64,000 bases of DNA from a virus (taxonomy: Duplodnaviria > Caudoviricetes). The translations under genes and the position numbers were made by a program. Positions 8,909 to 18,014 of the stretch are shown here, piece after piece; position 1 is the first letter of the stretch; the number at the start of each line of letters is the position of its first letter. Below the pieces are notes generated by a model. That model made no database searches and was not told the DNA's origin. It saw nothing but the letters and a program-made list of their open reading frames with translations. Location of the stretch: IMG/VR virus record IMGVR_UViG_3300026088_000015, positions 1-64,000 of that record; one strand, 5' to 3'.

Positions 8909-9492
8909 ACTTCGAAGTAGTAGAAGAATTTGAGAAAAAGATAGCTGAGTTCTTTGGAGCTCCTTTCGCTGTTATGACCGATAGCTGTACTCATGCAATA
9001 GAGTTATGTTTAAGATACAGGGAACAAGATCATATTTGCTGTCCGAATCATACATACCTATCGATCCCTATGTTAGCTAAAAAGCTAAATATAAAATTAT
9101 CTTTTAACGATAGAGATTGGAATGATTACTATTGGTTGGATCATGAAATAATTGATGCTGCTGTTCTATGGAAAAAAGATTCGTATTTACCTAATACATT
9201 TATGTGTGTCAGTTTTCAATATCAGAAACACTTAAGCTTGGGTCGAGGAGGAATTATTTTATGTGACAAGAGAAATGATGCATTGCAACTTAAGAAGATG
9301 TCCTACGATGGAAGACTTCCTAATATTCCTTGGAGAGATCAAGATATTGATACAATGGGCTACCATTATTACGCCACGCCAGAAACCGCTGCACTAGGGC
9401 TACAGAAGCTTCCAGAGGCAATAGCAACAGAACCAAGAAAATGGTCAGTAGAAAACTGGCCCGACCTAACTAAGATGACAATTTTCAAATGA
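8905..9492 (+). CDS. shortened DegT/DnrJ/EryC1/StrS-family PLP aminotransferase
   Basis: EEFEKKIAEF, DSCTHAIELCL, DAA, SFQYQKHLSLGRGG (PLP-lysine motif), GYHY. Only 195 aa. Confidence 0.8.
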   Translation: MNFEVVEEFEKKIAEFFGAPFAVMTDSCTHAIELCLRYREQDHICCPNHTYLSIPMLAKKLNIKLSFNDRDWNDYYWLDHEIIDAAVLWKKDSYLPNTFMCVSFQYQKHLSLGRGGIILCDKRNDALQLKKMSYDGRLPNIPWRDQDIDTMGYHYYATPETAALGLQKLPEAIATEPRKWSVENWPDLTKMTIFK

Positions 9493-10466
9493 AGAAAGTA
9501 TTAATAACAGGCGCGGGGGGCCAAACGGCCTCGTATCTTGCTGAATATTTATTATCCCTTGGAGGGTTTAAAGTATTTGGAATGATACGAAGAAATAGCA
9601 CTCCAGAGAACCAGGAGAACAGAATATCACATCTTGAAGATAGGATAACTACCTTCTACGGAGACCTTACTGATCCCGCTTCAATTGATATGATATTGAA
9701 AGCAATAAAGCCAGATTACATTTTTAATCTGGCGGCACAGTCCCATGTTCGTATTAGCTACGACATCCCATCTTATACTGTCCAAGCTAATGCTCTTGGC
9801 GTTCTTAATTTATTAGAATCGATGCGCGTTAATTGTCCCAAGGCAAGGCTACTACAGGCGAGTAGTAGTGAAATGTTCGGAGATAGCGTAGATGAGGACG
9901 GATATCAAAGAGAGAGCACTCACATGACACCAGTCTCTCCTTATGGATGTAGTAAACTATTCGCTTACTCTTTAATTAGAAATTATCGCATAGCCTATAA
10001 GTTGCATCTCTGTAATTCCATCTGCTTTAACCACGAGTCTCCGCGCAGGGGATCAAATTTCGTTACCAATAAAGTAGTAAAGGCTGCAGTAAGAATTAAA
10101 CTTGGCCTTCAGGATAAGTTGGAACTTGGCAATATGGATAGTTACCGGGACTGGGGACATGCTAAAGACTATGTAAAAGCTATGTTGATGATTATTATCC
10201 AGGAAGAACCTTCTGATTACGTGGTATCTACCGGGGAAACCCGATCAGTAAGAGAGATGTGCGATTATGTTTTTAGCAAACTAGATCTTGATTACACCAA
10301 CTACGTAGTGCAGAATCCTAAATTCCTGCGACCTCAAGAACTTCCATATCTAAAGGGAGACTCCAGCAGGATAAGAAGAAAAGGATGGAAGCCTACTTAC
10401 ACCTTCGAGACCATGCTAGATGAGATGATAGGTTACTGGGAATCAGTGTATAAAGAAAAACTTTAA
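9489..10466 (+). CDS. gmd: GDP-mannose 4,6-dehydratase
   Basis: LITGAGGQTASYLAE, NLAAQSHV, QASSSEMFG, SPYGCSK, FNHESPRRG.NFVT.K, LGNMDSYRDWGHAKDYV. Confidence 0.95.
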   Translation: MKKVLITGAGGQTASYLAEYLLSLGGFKVFGMIRRNSTPENQENRISHLEDRITTFYGDLTDPASIDMILKAIKPDYIFNLAAQSHVRISYDIPSYTVQANALGVLNLLESMRVNCPKARLLQASSSEMFGDSVDEDGYQRESTHMTPVSPYGCSKLFAYSLIRNYRIAYKLHLCNSICFNHESPRRGSNFVTNKVVKAAVRIKLGLQDKLELGNMDSYRDWGHAKDYVKAMLMIIIQEEPSDYVVSTGETRSVREMCDYVFSKLDLDYTNYVVQNPKFLRPQELPYLKGDSSRIRRKGWKPTYTFETMLDEMIGYWESVYKEKL

Positions 10467-10476
10467 GTCTTTATTG

Positions 10477-10503
10477 TTTTATTGAATTATTATTGTACCT
10501 TTG
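10477..10503 (+). promoter_or_regulatory. repeated promoter motif, copy 2, with Bacteroidota -7 element
   Basis: TTTTATTGAATTATTATTG followed by TACCTTTG (10496-10503), an exact TAnnTTTG match. Confidence 0.75.
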
Positions 10504-10510
10504 AAATACA

Positions 10511-10813
10511 ATGAAGAAATTGTATAATCAAGGCAAGAGTATATTGATAGATCCATCCAATGTAGAGGTATGGAGAATGGTTGGGTTTGTGATTCTTTTA
10601 TTGCTGTCAGTTACAGTAACGCTCACTTGGTTCGCGCATGAAATCATAAAAATTATTTACGATCAGAACGGGGATGGATTCAAAATTCTCATGAACTATA
10701 TAGGCACCTTATGCTATGTAGTGGTAATAACATGCCTGATTGTTTATGGGAATATTAAGATTTATCGGATGGTGAAGTATAACTTAATTAAATTCAAGAA
10801 AAATATACATTAA
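10511..10813 (+). CDS. membrane protein, 2 TM
   Basis: Two hydrophobic stretches. Confidence 0.6.
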   Translation: MKKLYNQGKSILIDPSNVEVWRMVGFVILLLLSVTVTLTWFAHEIIKIIYDQNGDGFKILMNYIGTLCYVVVITCLIVYGNIKIYRMVKYNLIKFKKNIH

Positions 10814-10814
10814 T

Positions 10815-11546
10815 ATGTCAACAGAAATAGCAAAAAAAGATCCCATTACTACCGCTTCTAAAGATTTGAATACCAGCGTAGCGTCAGTGCTTACTGCCGA
10901 TGGCTTATTTGGTTTTGAGAAGGCTCATCTTATCTCTACTGCAATAGTAGAGCTAAAGAAGAATCTAACCCCCGAGTACATGAAAAACATCATGGCCATG
11001 CAGGGGAATAAGCTTGGTTTTCGGACCGACAAGGATGACAAAGGTGGTTATCCGGAAGATGTAGTTAAGAACTGTCTTATTGAGGCGGTGCTTACTGGGG
11101 TACAACCTCACAGTAACCAGTTTAATATTATTGCTGGTAACATGTATATCACCAAAGAAGGTGCTGGACACTTACTGAAGAACATCAAAGGATTGAAGTA
11201 CGACATCGTACCAGGGTTGCCCCATGTGAATAGCGACAAGAGTAGTGCTGCTATTACTATGAAGATATCATGGACCTACAATGGTGAGTCCCAAGAGAAA
11301 GAAATCCCGATCCCGGTTAAAATGAATGCTTACATGGGTCTTGATGCGGTGATCGGAAAAGCTACCCGTAAGGCACGTGTATGGTTGTTTAATACTATCA
11401 ATGGTACTGAAATCATGGATGGAGACGCTGGAGAGACAAGAGACATATCTCATACAGTGGTGGATAATGAAGATAAGAAAGAGCAGGCCAAGGCTAATGT
11501 AGGCAATCTATTCGGAGATAAAAATCCTGCTGGAGAAGCTAAATAA
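10815..11546 (+). CDS. putative ssDNA-annealing recombinase (RecT/Red-beta-like)
   Basis: Directly upstream of a YqaJ-type exonuclease with a 1-nt overlap. Carries motif CLIEAVLTGV...NQFNIIAGNMYITKEG. Confidence 0.55.
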   Translation: MSTEIAKKDPITTASKDLNTSVASVLTADGLFGFEKAHLISTAIVELKKNLTPEYMKNIMAMQGNKLGFRTDKDDKGGYPEDVVKNCLIEAVLTGVQPHSNQFNIIAGNMYITKEGAGHLLKNIKGLKYDIVPGLPHVNSDKSSAAITMKISWTYNGESQEKEIPIPVKMNAYMGLDAVIGKATRKARVWLFNTINGTEIMDGDAGETRDISHTVVDNEDKKEQAKANVGNLFGDKNPAGEAK

Positions 11547-12226
11547 TGGGATTCTTTGATGATAACGAAGAGTGGAAGAAACAGAGACTAGGCAAGTTTA
11601 CCGCTAGTCGGATCAATGATCTCAATCAGGTAAGCAAGAAGAAGGGGAAGATTTTCGGAGTAACCGCTATGAACTATATCCGGGAAATTCGAGGAGAGAT
11701 TGTTTGCCTTGAATCGGCTTATGATCTTACTGGAATACCATCGGCTGAGCACGGCCACATGTACGAAGGAGAAGCGATAGAGGCCTTTTGTGCCGAAACA
11801 GGGTTCCACGTGGAACATTTTGGGAATAATAATCCTAAATTCTTTCTTCATCCTACATTTCCACAGTTCTCAGGAGCTAGTCCTGATGGGATGGAGGTAA
11901 ATAAGGATTTTGGAGTTGAAGTTAAGTGTCTCCAGTGGAAAAAGCATGATATGTGTCTTGAGATAGTGGATAACACTTCCTTTGAAGAGATAGAAGAAGA
12001 TTTCTATGGTCAAATACAATGGAACATGCTATGTTCTAGAGTCCATAATTGGAAAGCTATTTTCTATCATCCAGCAGCGAAGCTAGAAGAGTTTAAATTA
12101 CATTGGCTAGACGTGACATACGATCAGAATTACATTGACAAGACCAATATTCGCCTTGAATTAGCTATCGAAGAGCTTACTTCTGGAGTATATGGAAAAA
12201 GGTTTGAAAAATACATTAAATCATGA
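11546..12226 (+). CDS. YqaJ/lambda-exonuclease-like protein
   Basis: W...RLGKFTAS, HGHMYEGEA, GASPDG, VEVKC, YGQIQWNM. Confidence 0.85.
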   Translation: MGFFDDNEEWKKQRLGKFTASRINDLNQVSKKKGKIFGVTAMNYIREIRGEIVCLESAYDLTGIPSAEHGHMYEGEAIEAFCAETGFHVEHFGNNNPKFFLHPTFPQFSGASPDGMEVNKDFGVEVKCLQWKKHDMCLEIVDNTSFEEIEEDFYGQIQWNMLCSRVHNWKAIFYHPAAKLEEFKLHWLDVTYDQNYIDKTNIRLELAIEELTSGVYGKRFEKYIKS

Positions 12227-12414
12227 ACATTTACAAGATCAACACACGCGAAGGAGCGGTCATTTTCCAAAAGGGGACAAGTGAAGACTCTGCTATTTAT
12301 AAAGCTGACCTATCCTGGTCACAAATAGAAGAAAATGGAATAAGGAAACTCGATGCTGAAGAACAAGAGATGTATCGGGAATGGGAAGAAAAACAGGAGG
12401 CAGAGAATGAATAA
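12223..12414 (+). CDS. hypothetical protein
   Basis: ATGA overlap with the exonuclease gene. Confidence 0.55.
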   Translation: MNIYKINTREGAVIFQKGTSEDSAIYKADLSWSQIEENGIRKLDAEEQEMYREWEEKQEAENE

Positions 12415-12647
12415 TATATGATTTAGAATACTACAAGCATTTTATAAGTAAATTTGGGTCCATGGAGATAAGAGTATCTTTTGCCGGAACTTTGAAGACA
12501 CTGCATCATAAATATAGTTTACCCAGATCTTTCTATAAGGGCTATAGTTTGATAAACTGCTCCATGGAGTAAGGAAGGTTGTTGATTATCCTTCCCAAGT
12601 CATTGGCAGAATGCGTGTAAGGCTTAATTTTAAAACGAAATATAGAT

Positions 12648-13201
<554 letters not shown>

Positions 13202-13334
13202 GCGTAGCTCGAAAATATTTTAACTATGGAACATCTTCATCCAGCAGCCCAGGTGGTTGCAATAATATGTATTGCAGTATGTGTGTTAGGAGTATTATGG
13301 TTAATGAGTAAGGGAGTAGAGTAATTATATAGAA

Positions 13335-13586
13335 ATGAAAAACATAACCCATAAAAACCGCTTCCCCGGAGTAGACATAACCATCTTTGCCCAAAACCTC
13401 TCCACCATCATCCGCGCAAAGAGATGGAGCAAAAAGGAAGCAGCTATCGTCTTCGGGTATCCAAATACCCACCGCCTATATGATCTTACTGCAGGGAATC
13501 AATATCCTCAACTAGAAGAACTAATTCAAATGTCAAACATCCTAGAGATATCAATAGATACTCTGGTTAAACAAAGGTTAAAATAA
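13335..13586 (+). CDS. XRE-family HTH regulator
   Basis: NLSTIIRAKRWSKKEAA...PQLEELIQMSNILEISIDTLV. Confidence 0.75.
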   Translation: MKNITHKNRFPGVDITIFAQNLSTIIRAKRWSKKEAAIVFGYPNTHRLYDLTAGNQYPQLEELIQMSNILEISIDTLVKQRLK

Positions 13587-13587
13587 C

Positions 13588-14871
13588 ATGAATCAAGAAA
13601 CAACTCAAAAATCTGAATTAGCCCTGATCGTAGAATCCAGCGGACTAGAAAAAACTAAAGCTCAAATACTCCTTGATAAATTCACAGGGTACTTTGAAAT
13701 AGCTGCTGAATGGGAACGCAAGACCAAAGAACTTGTCATTACCGACATTTCCCAGAAAGCTGAAATGAAGATGGCCCGGGAAGCACGCTTGTTTCTCAAA
13801 GAGAAACGTGTAGAGGTAGAAAAGACCAGAAAATTCCTCAAGGATGACTCCCTACGTGAAGGGCAGACAATCGATGCCATAGCCAAAGTTCTCAAGAACC
13901 TTATCGAACCCATTGAAACACAACTGGAGCAGAAAGAAAAGTTCGCGGAGATCCAGGAAGCCAACAGAAAAGAAGCACTAAGACAAGAACGGGCGGCAAC
14001 ATTGGAAAAAATGGGTGACTATGCCATCACTTCATTCCGTATGAGCACTCTTAATCTAGGGGAAATATCCCAAGACGAATTTGATGCCTTCAAGAATCAG
14101 ATCGAAGTTGACATAATGAAGCTTGAGCAACTTGCTCAGAAAGATGAGGAAGAAAGACTCGCCAAAGAACAAGCTGAGCTCCAGGAAAGAGAACGCATTA
14201 GACTGGAGAACGAAGCACTCAAAAAAGAAGCTGAAGAGAAACAACGTCTCCATGATGAGCAAGTGAAGAAAATGGAAGCCGAAAAGGCCGCCCTTGAAGA
14301 ACAAGCTCGTATCCTTGCCGCAGAAGCCAAAAAGAAACAAGAGGAAGAACTCGACAAACAAAAGAAACGTGAAGCAAGACTTACTATACTCATAACGATC
14401 GGTGCTCAGGACAAAATCGAAGCTCTGGACATGTCAGACGCAGAATGGACCACTTTCTATAACGACCTCTTCCAAAAACACCAGGAAGAAGTTAAAAGGA
14501 GCGAAGCTCAAAAAATTGCACAAAAAGCCGAAGCCGATCGCATAGCATTCGAAAACGCAGAAAAGCTCCGCATCGAAACAGAACAACGTCAAAAACTCGA
14601 AGCTGAACTTCTCGCCAAGAAACTTGCCGAAGAAAAGGCCATAAAAGACACTCAGGAGAAAGAAGCAGCAGAAGCTAAGGCTAAGATAGCTGAAGAAAAG
14701 AAAGCTGCCAGACAGCCCGATAAGCTTAAAATAGTCAACTTCGCCAATCTATTGGATAGAATAGAAATCCCAACAGCATCTTCTGAAGAAGGACAAGCGA
14801 TACTTTCTTCCTCAAAAGACCTCCTAACTAAGATATCCAAGTTCCTTAGAGAGAAAAGCGATACGTTATGA
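13588..14871 (+). CDS. long coiled-coil phage protein
   Basis: E/K/A-rich heptads, with N-terminal AREARLFLK..RVEVEK.RK...EG..ID motif. Confidence 0.75.
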   Translation: MNQETTQKSELALIVESSGLEKTKAQILLDKFTGYFEIAAEWERKTKELVITDISQKAEMKMAREARLFLKEKRVEVEKTRKFLKDDSLREGQTIDAIAKVLKNLIEPIETQLEQKEKFAEIQEANRKEALRQERAATLEKMGDYAITSFRMSTLNLGEISQDEFDAFKNQIEVDIMKLEQLAQKDEEERLAKEQAELQERERIRLENEALKKEAEEKQRLHDEQVKKMEAEKAALEEQARILAAEAKKKQEEELDKQKKREARLTILITIGAQDKIEALDMSDAEWTTFYNDLFQKHQEEVKRSEAQKIAQKAEADRIAFENAEKLRIETEQRQKLEAELLAKKLAEEKAIKDTQEKEAAEAKAKIAEEKKAARQPDKLKIVNFANLLDRIEIPTASSEEGQAILSSSKDLLTKISKFLREKSDTL

Positions 14872-15236
14872 CCTTTGAGCTACAACGACTACAAAACAGG
14901 GTGTTAAAACTTAAGACAATTCGAATAAAAGAATTAGCCTTACGGTACCACCCCAGGTTTACTCCTAACCAAAGAGCAGCAGGAGACGATGTGTTTCTGT
15001 GTGACTGCTGTAGGATCAAAAGCAGCATTTCTCATATTATAGACCCAAATAACGCCAGTGAACCAGATTTAAATGTCTGCAATCACTGCCACATGATGAT
15101 ATATAAGATCTGGAATAAACACGATATAAAGCCAGCCTTGAATAAAGAGTTCAGTAAAATAAAGTATCAGAATCAAATGAATTGGTTTGAAAAGATGTTA
15201 GTCAAAATAAAAAAAAGAAGGAAGTGTGATGTCTAG
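14868..15236 (+). CDS. hypothetical protein with CxxC pairs
   Basis: CDCC...CNHC motifs, ATGA overlap with the upstream gene. Confidence 0.55.
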   Translation: MTFELQRLQNRVLKLKTIRIKELALRYHPRFTPNQRAAGDDVFLCDCCRIKSSISHIIDPNNASEPDLNVCNHCHMMIYKIWNKHDIKPALNKEFSKIKYQNQMNWFEKMLVKIKKRRKCDV

Positions 15237-15694
15237 GAGAACCAACCTGTATACACACCCCCGGTATGTCCCTGTTTTTAAAACGGGATTTGACAGACCA
15301 TTGGGGTCGAAATACGGGGATTCTCGCCCAAGATAAGCAACCGATAAAGCAAATGACTGACATACAACAACATAAAGCAAATAAAGCATTTCCGTATAAT
15401 ATACTCAATATTATACGATCATTAGAATTGTGCCTCTTTGCGCTCTGTTTTAAAGGTTTTAAATGTAGTGAAAGTGAGCGTTCTTGGAAATGTTATACTA
15501 ATTCGGATATACCCTCGGGATATTTCGCACTATTTAACGGGAAAGTTCTATTTAACATAACGTTATTTCGTTATTGTTTTGTTATTCAAAGCTTTATATT
15601 AGCGTTTGCCTTCTTTAAAAGAAGTAGCCACGCATTTGTTTCACCTTTTGCTTACAATTTTAAACATTGCTAATAATAATCTTAGGTAGTTTTT

Positions 15695-15862
15695 ATGGAT
15701 ATAAACGACATTAGAATAGCAAAGATCTTAATATCAATGAGTTTGCTAGGTATTTTATCAATATGGGCATTACGATCCGGATTATTGAGTGACTCTGAGG
15801 TTATATGGATAACAGGGCTGTTGGGTTATTGGATCGGTACATATAGCAATAGAAAGCAATAG
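15695..15862 (+). CDS. 55-aa two-TM membrane protein (absent from the ORF track)
   Basis: MDINDIRIAKILISMSLLGILSIWALRSGLLSDSEVIWITGLLGYWIGTYSNRKQ, stopping 1 nt before the next ATG. Confidence 0.55.
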   Translation: MDINDIRIAKILISMSLLGILSIWALRSGLLSDSEVIWITGLLGYWIGTYSNRKQ

Positions 15863-15863
15863 G

Positions 15864-16415
15864 ATGCCCGTATTAGAACCATCACGTAATAAGAAGAGGG
15901 ATAAGAAGGCAGGAGTTTGTCCTCTCTCTAATGGCTCTGAATTGCTTCGTTTCATGGCATATCAAAAACAAGTGCATAAATTCAGTAAGAAACACTATCA
16001 TTTGAATTTCTACGAGGTCATTATCTTGTCTATTGTTTCGTGCATAAATGCAGAGGAGGGTAATAAAGGGGCTTCAATGCAGGATATTACACATTACATG
16101 AGTTGGGATGAGTCAAGACGGGGGCGATTCTTTTTAGCTCGGTTGTGTTTGGAAGGCTGGTTGATTGATCTTAACGCCCTAACGGGGCACACCCCCCATA
16201 AGTATAAGCTTGTACTGTCTCTTAAGTGTACTGAGGCAATGAAAGCTATTGAAAGGCATTGTGAAGTGTTGTTATCGGCTAAGCCCCCCAAGAGGGTGGG
16301 TAAGTATGTCTCCCCCAGGAAGCCGGGGAACTCGGGGTTATTAACAGGGTATTTAAGAGGTAAGAAGAAACCAAAGGGCTTTGATGATGGGATAGAGTTT
16401 GTGGGGCATAGTTAA
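15864..16415 (+). CDS. putative winged-HTH (MarR-like) protein with basic C-terminal tail
   Basis: LNFYEVIILS...ASMQDITHYM...FFLARLCLEGWL...YKLVLSLKC. Confidence 0.5.
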   Translation: MPVLEPSRNKKRDKKAGVCPLSNGSELLRFMAYQKQVHKFSKKHYHLNFYEVIILSIVSCINAEEGNKGASMQDITHYMSWDESRRGRFFLARLCLEGWLIDLNALTGHTPHKYKLVLSLKCTEAMKAIERHCEVLLSAKPPKRVGKYVSPRKPGNSGLLTGYLRGKKKPKGFDDGIEFVGHS

Positions 16416-16450
16416 AATAGTATTTAGACTGATTATAAACAAACATATTT

Positions 16451-16645
16451 ATGGGGATAACATACAGTAGTGACCAAGACGGGAAAGGCTTTTTAACTAG
16501 AGCAGAATTTGAGGCAGAAATGTTGATAATCAATAAACAGACCCGTGAGGTTATGATTGACCTGTTGCGCAAATGCATAGACCCTCCTTTCATATTAGAG
16601 GGAGGATTTAAGGGCAAATGGAAGTCTGATATTAAGGATGAGTAA
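16451..16645 (+). CDS. hypothetical protein
   Basis: ATG-initiated ORF in operon orientation. Confidence 0.45.
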   Translation: MGITYSSDQDGKGFLTRAEFEAEMLIINKQTREVMIDLLRKCIDPPFILEGGFKGKWKSDIKDE

Positions 16646-16931
16646 AGAATGTACAGGCACTATTAGGCTTGTCTAATTTATATATGACTTCAACCTGCAT
16701 GGAAAAATCTTCAGCGGTTCCCGTTATAGCGTCCCTGTGTTCTGGTGCTAGAAGGTATCCATCAAATGCCTTAACAATGATATTGGTTACTGTCATTGCG
16801 TTTTCAGCTTCATTATAAATACTACCAACTTTTAAAGGCTTAGAGCCAATAAGTTTTCTTAAAAAGGCATGCTCTGTAATACATACGGTGTTTTCCTGAT
16901 GACTAATAAATACAAATATTGTTCCGGCCAT
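16632..16931 (-). CDS. hypothetical protein (likely start at ATG 16931)
   Basis: C-terminal part of track ORF 16632..17018, globular composition from MAGTIF onward. Confidence 0.45.
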   Translation of the reverse strand: MAGTIFVFISHQENTVCITEHAFLRKLIGSKPLKVGSIYNEAENAMTVTNIIVKAFDGYLLAPEHRDAITGTAEDFSMQVEVIYKLDKPNSACTFFTHP

Positions 16932-16983
16932 AAAAATAGGGTTAAGTGATTCCCAATATAGCAAAAATGAGTAAATTACATAT

Positions 16984-17103
16984 ATGAAAAAGCCTGCTAA
17001 AAAAGCCACTAAGCCCAAAGAAAAGCCCTTAAATGTGAATGCTACCTTTGATCAGTTAATGAAATTAGTGGCTGAGCACAAGCCAAAGAAAAGCCCCAAA
17101 TGA
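16984..17103 (+). CDS. 39-aa basic peptide
   Basis: MKKPAKKATKPKEKPLNVNATFDQLMKLVAEHKPKKSPK, ending inside a hairpin. Confidence 0.45.
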   Translation: MKKPAKKATKPKEKPLNVNATFDQLMKLVAEHKPKKSPK

Positions 17104-17113
17104 ATGGGGCTTT
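17090..17113. terminator. probable bidirectional intrinsic terminator
   Basis: Perfect 9-bp stem AAAGCCCCA / TGGGGCTTT with a 6-nt loop between convergent ORFs. Confidence 0.7.
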
Positions 17114-17119
17114 AAAATT

Positions 17120-17971
17120 TTAGTAACTGAAATACTTTGAACTTATATCAGTCCCTCGATCAATAGAAGTCACTCCGCTTGGTCTGCCATTAATGTCAAA
17201 TCCATAAGTATAGGTCGTATTATATGGAGAAGTAAACAAATGATAATCTCTCTTTTTTATTAATTTAGGAAATTGTCTCCCAAAATATCCTTTAAACATT
17301 TGAGCTATATTTAAGGATGTCATCATATTGCCAAGTGCAACATTGTATATATTATATCCTACTATAAAATTCATAGCATTATATATACCCACTTGGTCAA
17401 GTGTATCATAATATGTAAACGTTCCACTATATGACCCACTACCTGATCCTTCATTATAATTCGTATAATTATATCCTACCGTCAAATTCCCTATTACACT
17501 ATAATTAGTCCCTAAATGATAATTGACTATGGGCCCCGAAACTGGCATACACTTTATCTTTGAATCAGTGGCCACGATGATTCTATTTACATTGTAAGTT
17601 ATAGTAGTGGTATCCCAAGTCCTATCCCCAGTATTAGGAGTATTCCCATCATATCCATATATTTCATAAAGATCCCCATAACTATTCACGCGCCCTATAG
17701 TATCATCATATTCAGGATGATCTTGATAAGAAGTGATTAAATAGGAATTGACTATATTGATGTTAATAACTAATGGAGTTGATCCTCCGGTATCAATAGA
17801 ACAGGTAGTTATACGTCCCTGATCTGTAGTGCACATTACAGTAAATTCATTATTGTAATTAATTTGCTTAATCCAATAAGAAATATTTGAATTAATAGGT
17901 GCTGGGTCAGAATCTTTAGAAGTTCCACAGCCCATTAATAACACCAATGCAATGAATAGTCCAGTCTTCAT
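17120..17971 (-). CDS. lipoprotein
   Basis: Signal peptide II MKTGLFIALVLLMGC, followed by a Y/N/T/G-rich beta-type domain. Confidence 0.8.
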   Translation of the reverse strand: MKTGLFIALVLLMGCGTSKDSDPAPINSNISYWIKQINYNNEFTVMCTTDQGRITTCSIDTGGSTPLVININIVNSYLITSYQDHPEYDDTIGRVNSYGDLYEIYGYDGNTPNTGDRTWDTTTITYNVNRIIVATDSKIKCMPVSGPIVNYHLGTNYSVIGNLTVGYNYTNYNEGSGSGSYSGTFTYYDTLDQVGIYNAMNFIVGYNIYNVALGNMMTSLNIAQMFKGYFGRQFPKLIKKRDYHLFTSPYNTTYTYGFDINGRPSGVTSIDRGTDISSKYFSY

Positions 17972-18014
17972 TTTTTAGTTGTTTGTCCGCTGTACCAGGA
18001 CGGGGTGAGTATAT

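Noticed and set aside
2126-10466. Cluster as a contaminating bacterial O-antigen locus or host flank of a prophage
   Set aside because: Typical phage small ORFs are interleaved, the cluster shares a 21-bp promoter box with phage recombination and replication units, and wzx/wzy/ABC export and housekeeping genes are absent.
15266-15673. 135-aa track ORF
   Set aside because: Low-complexity F/L/I-rich translation of AT-rich DNA, no recognisable motif and a non-ATG start. More likely non-coding.
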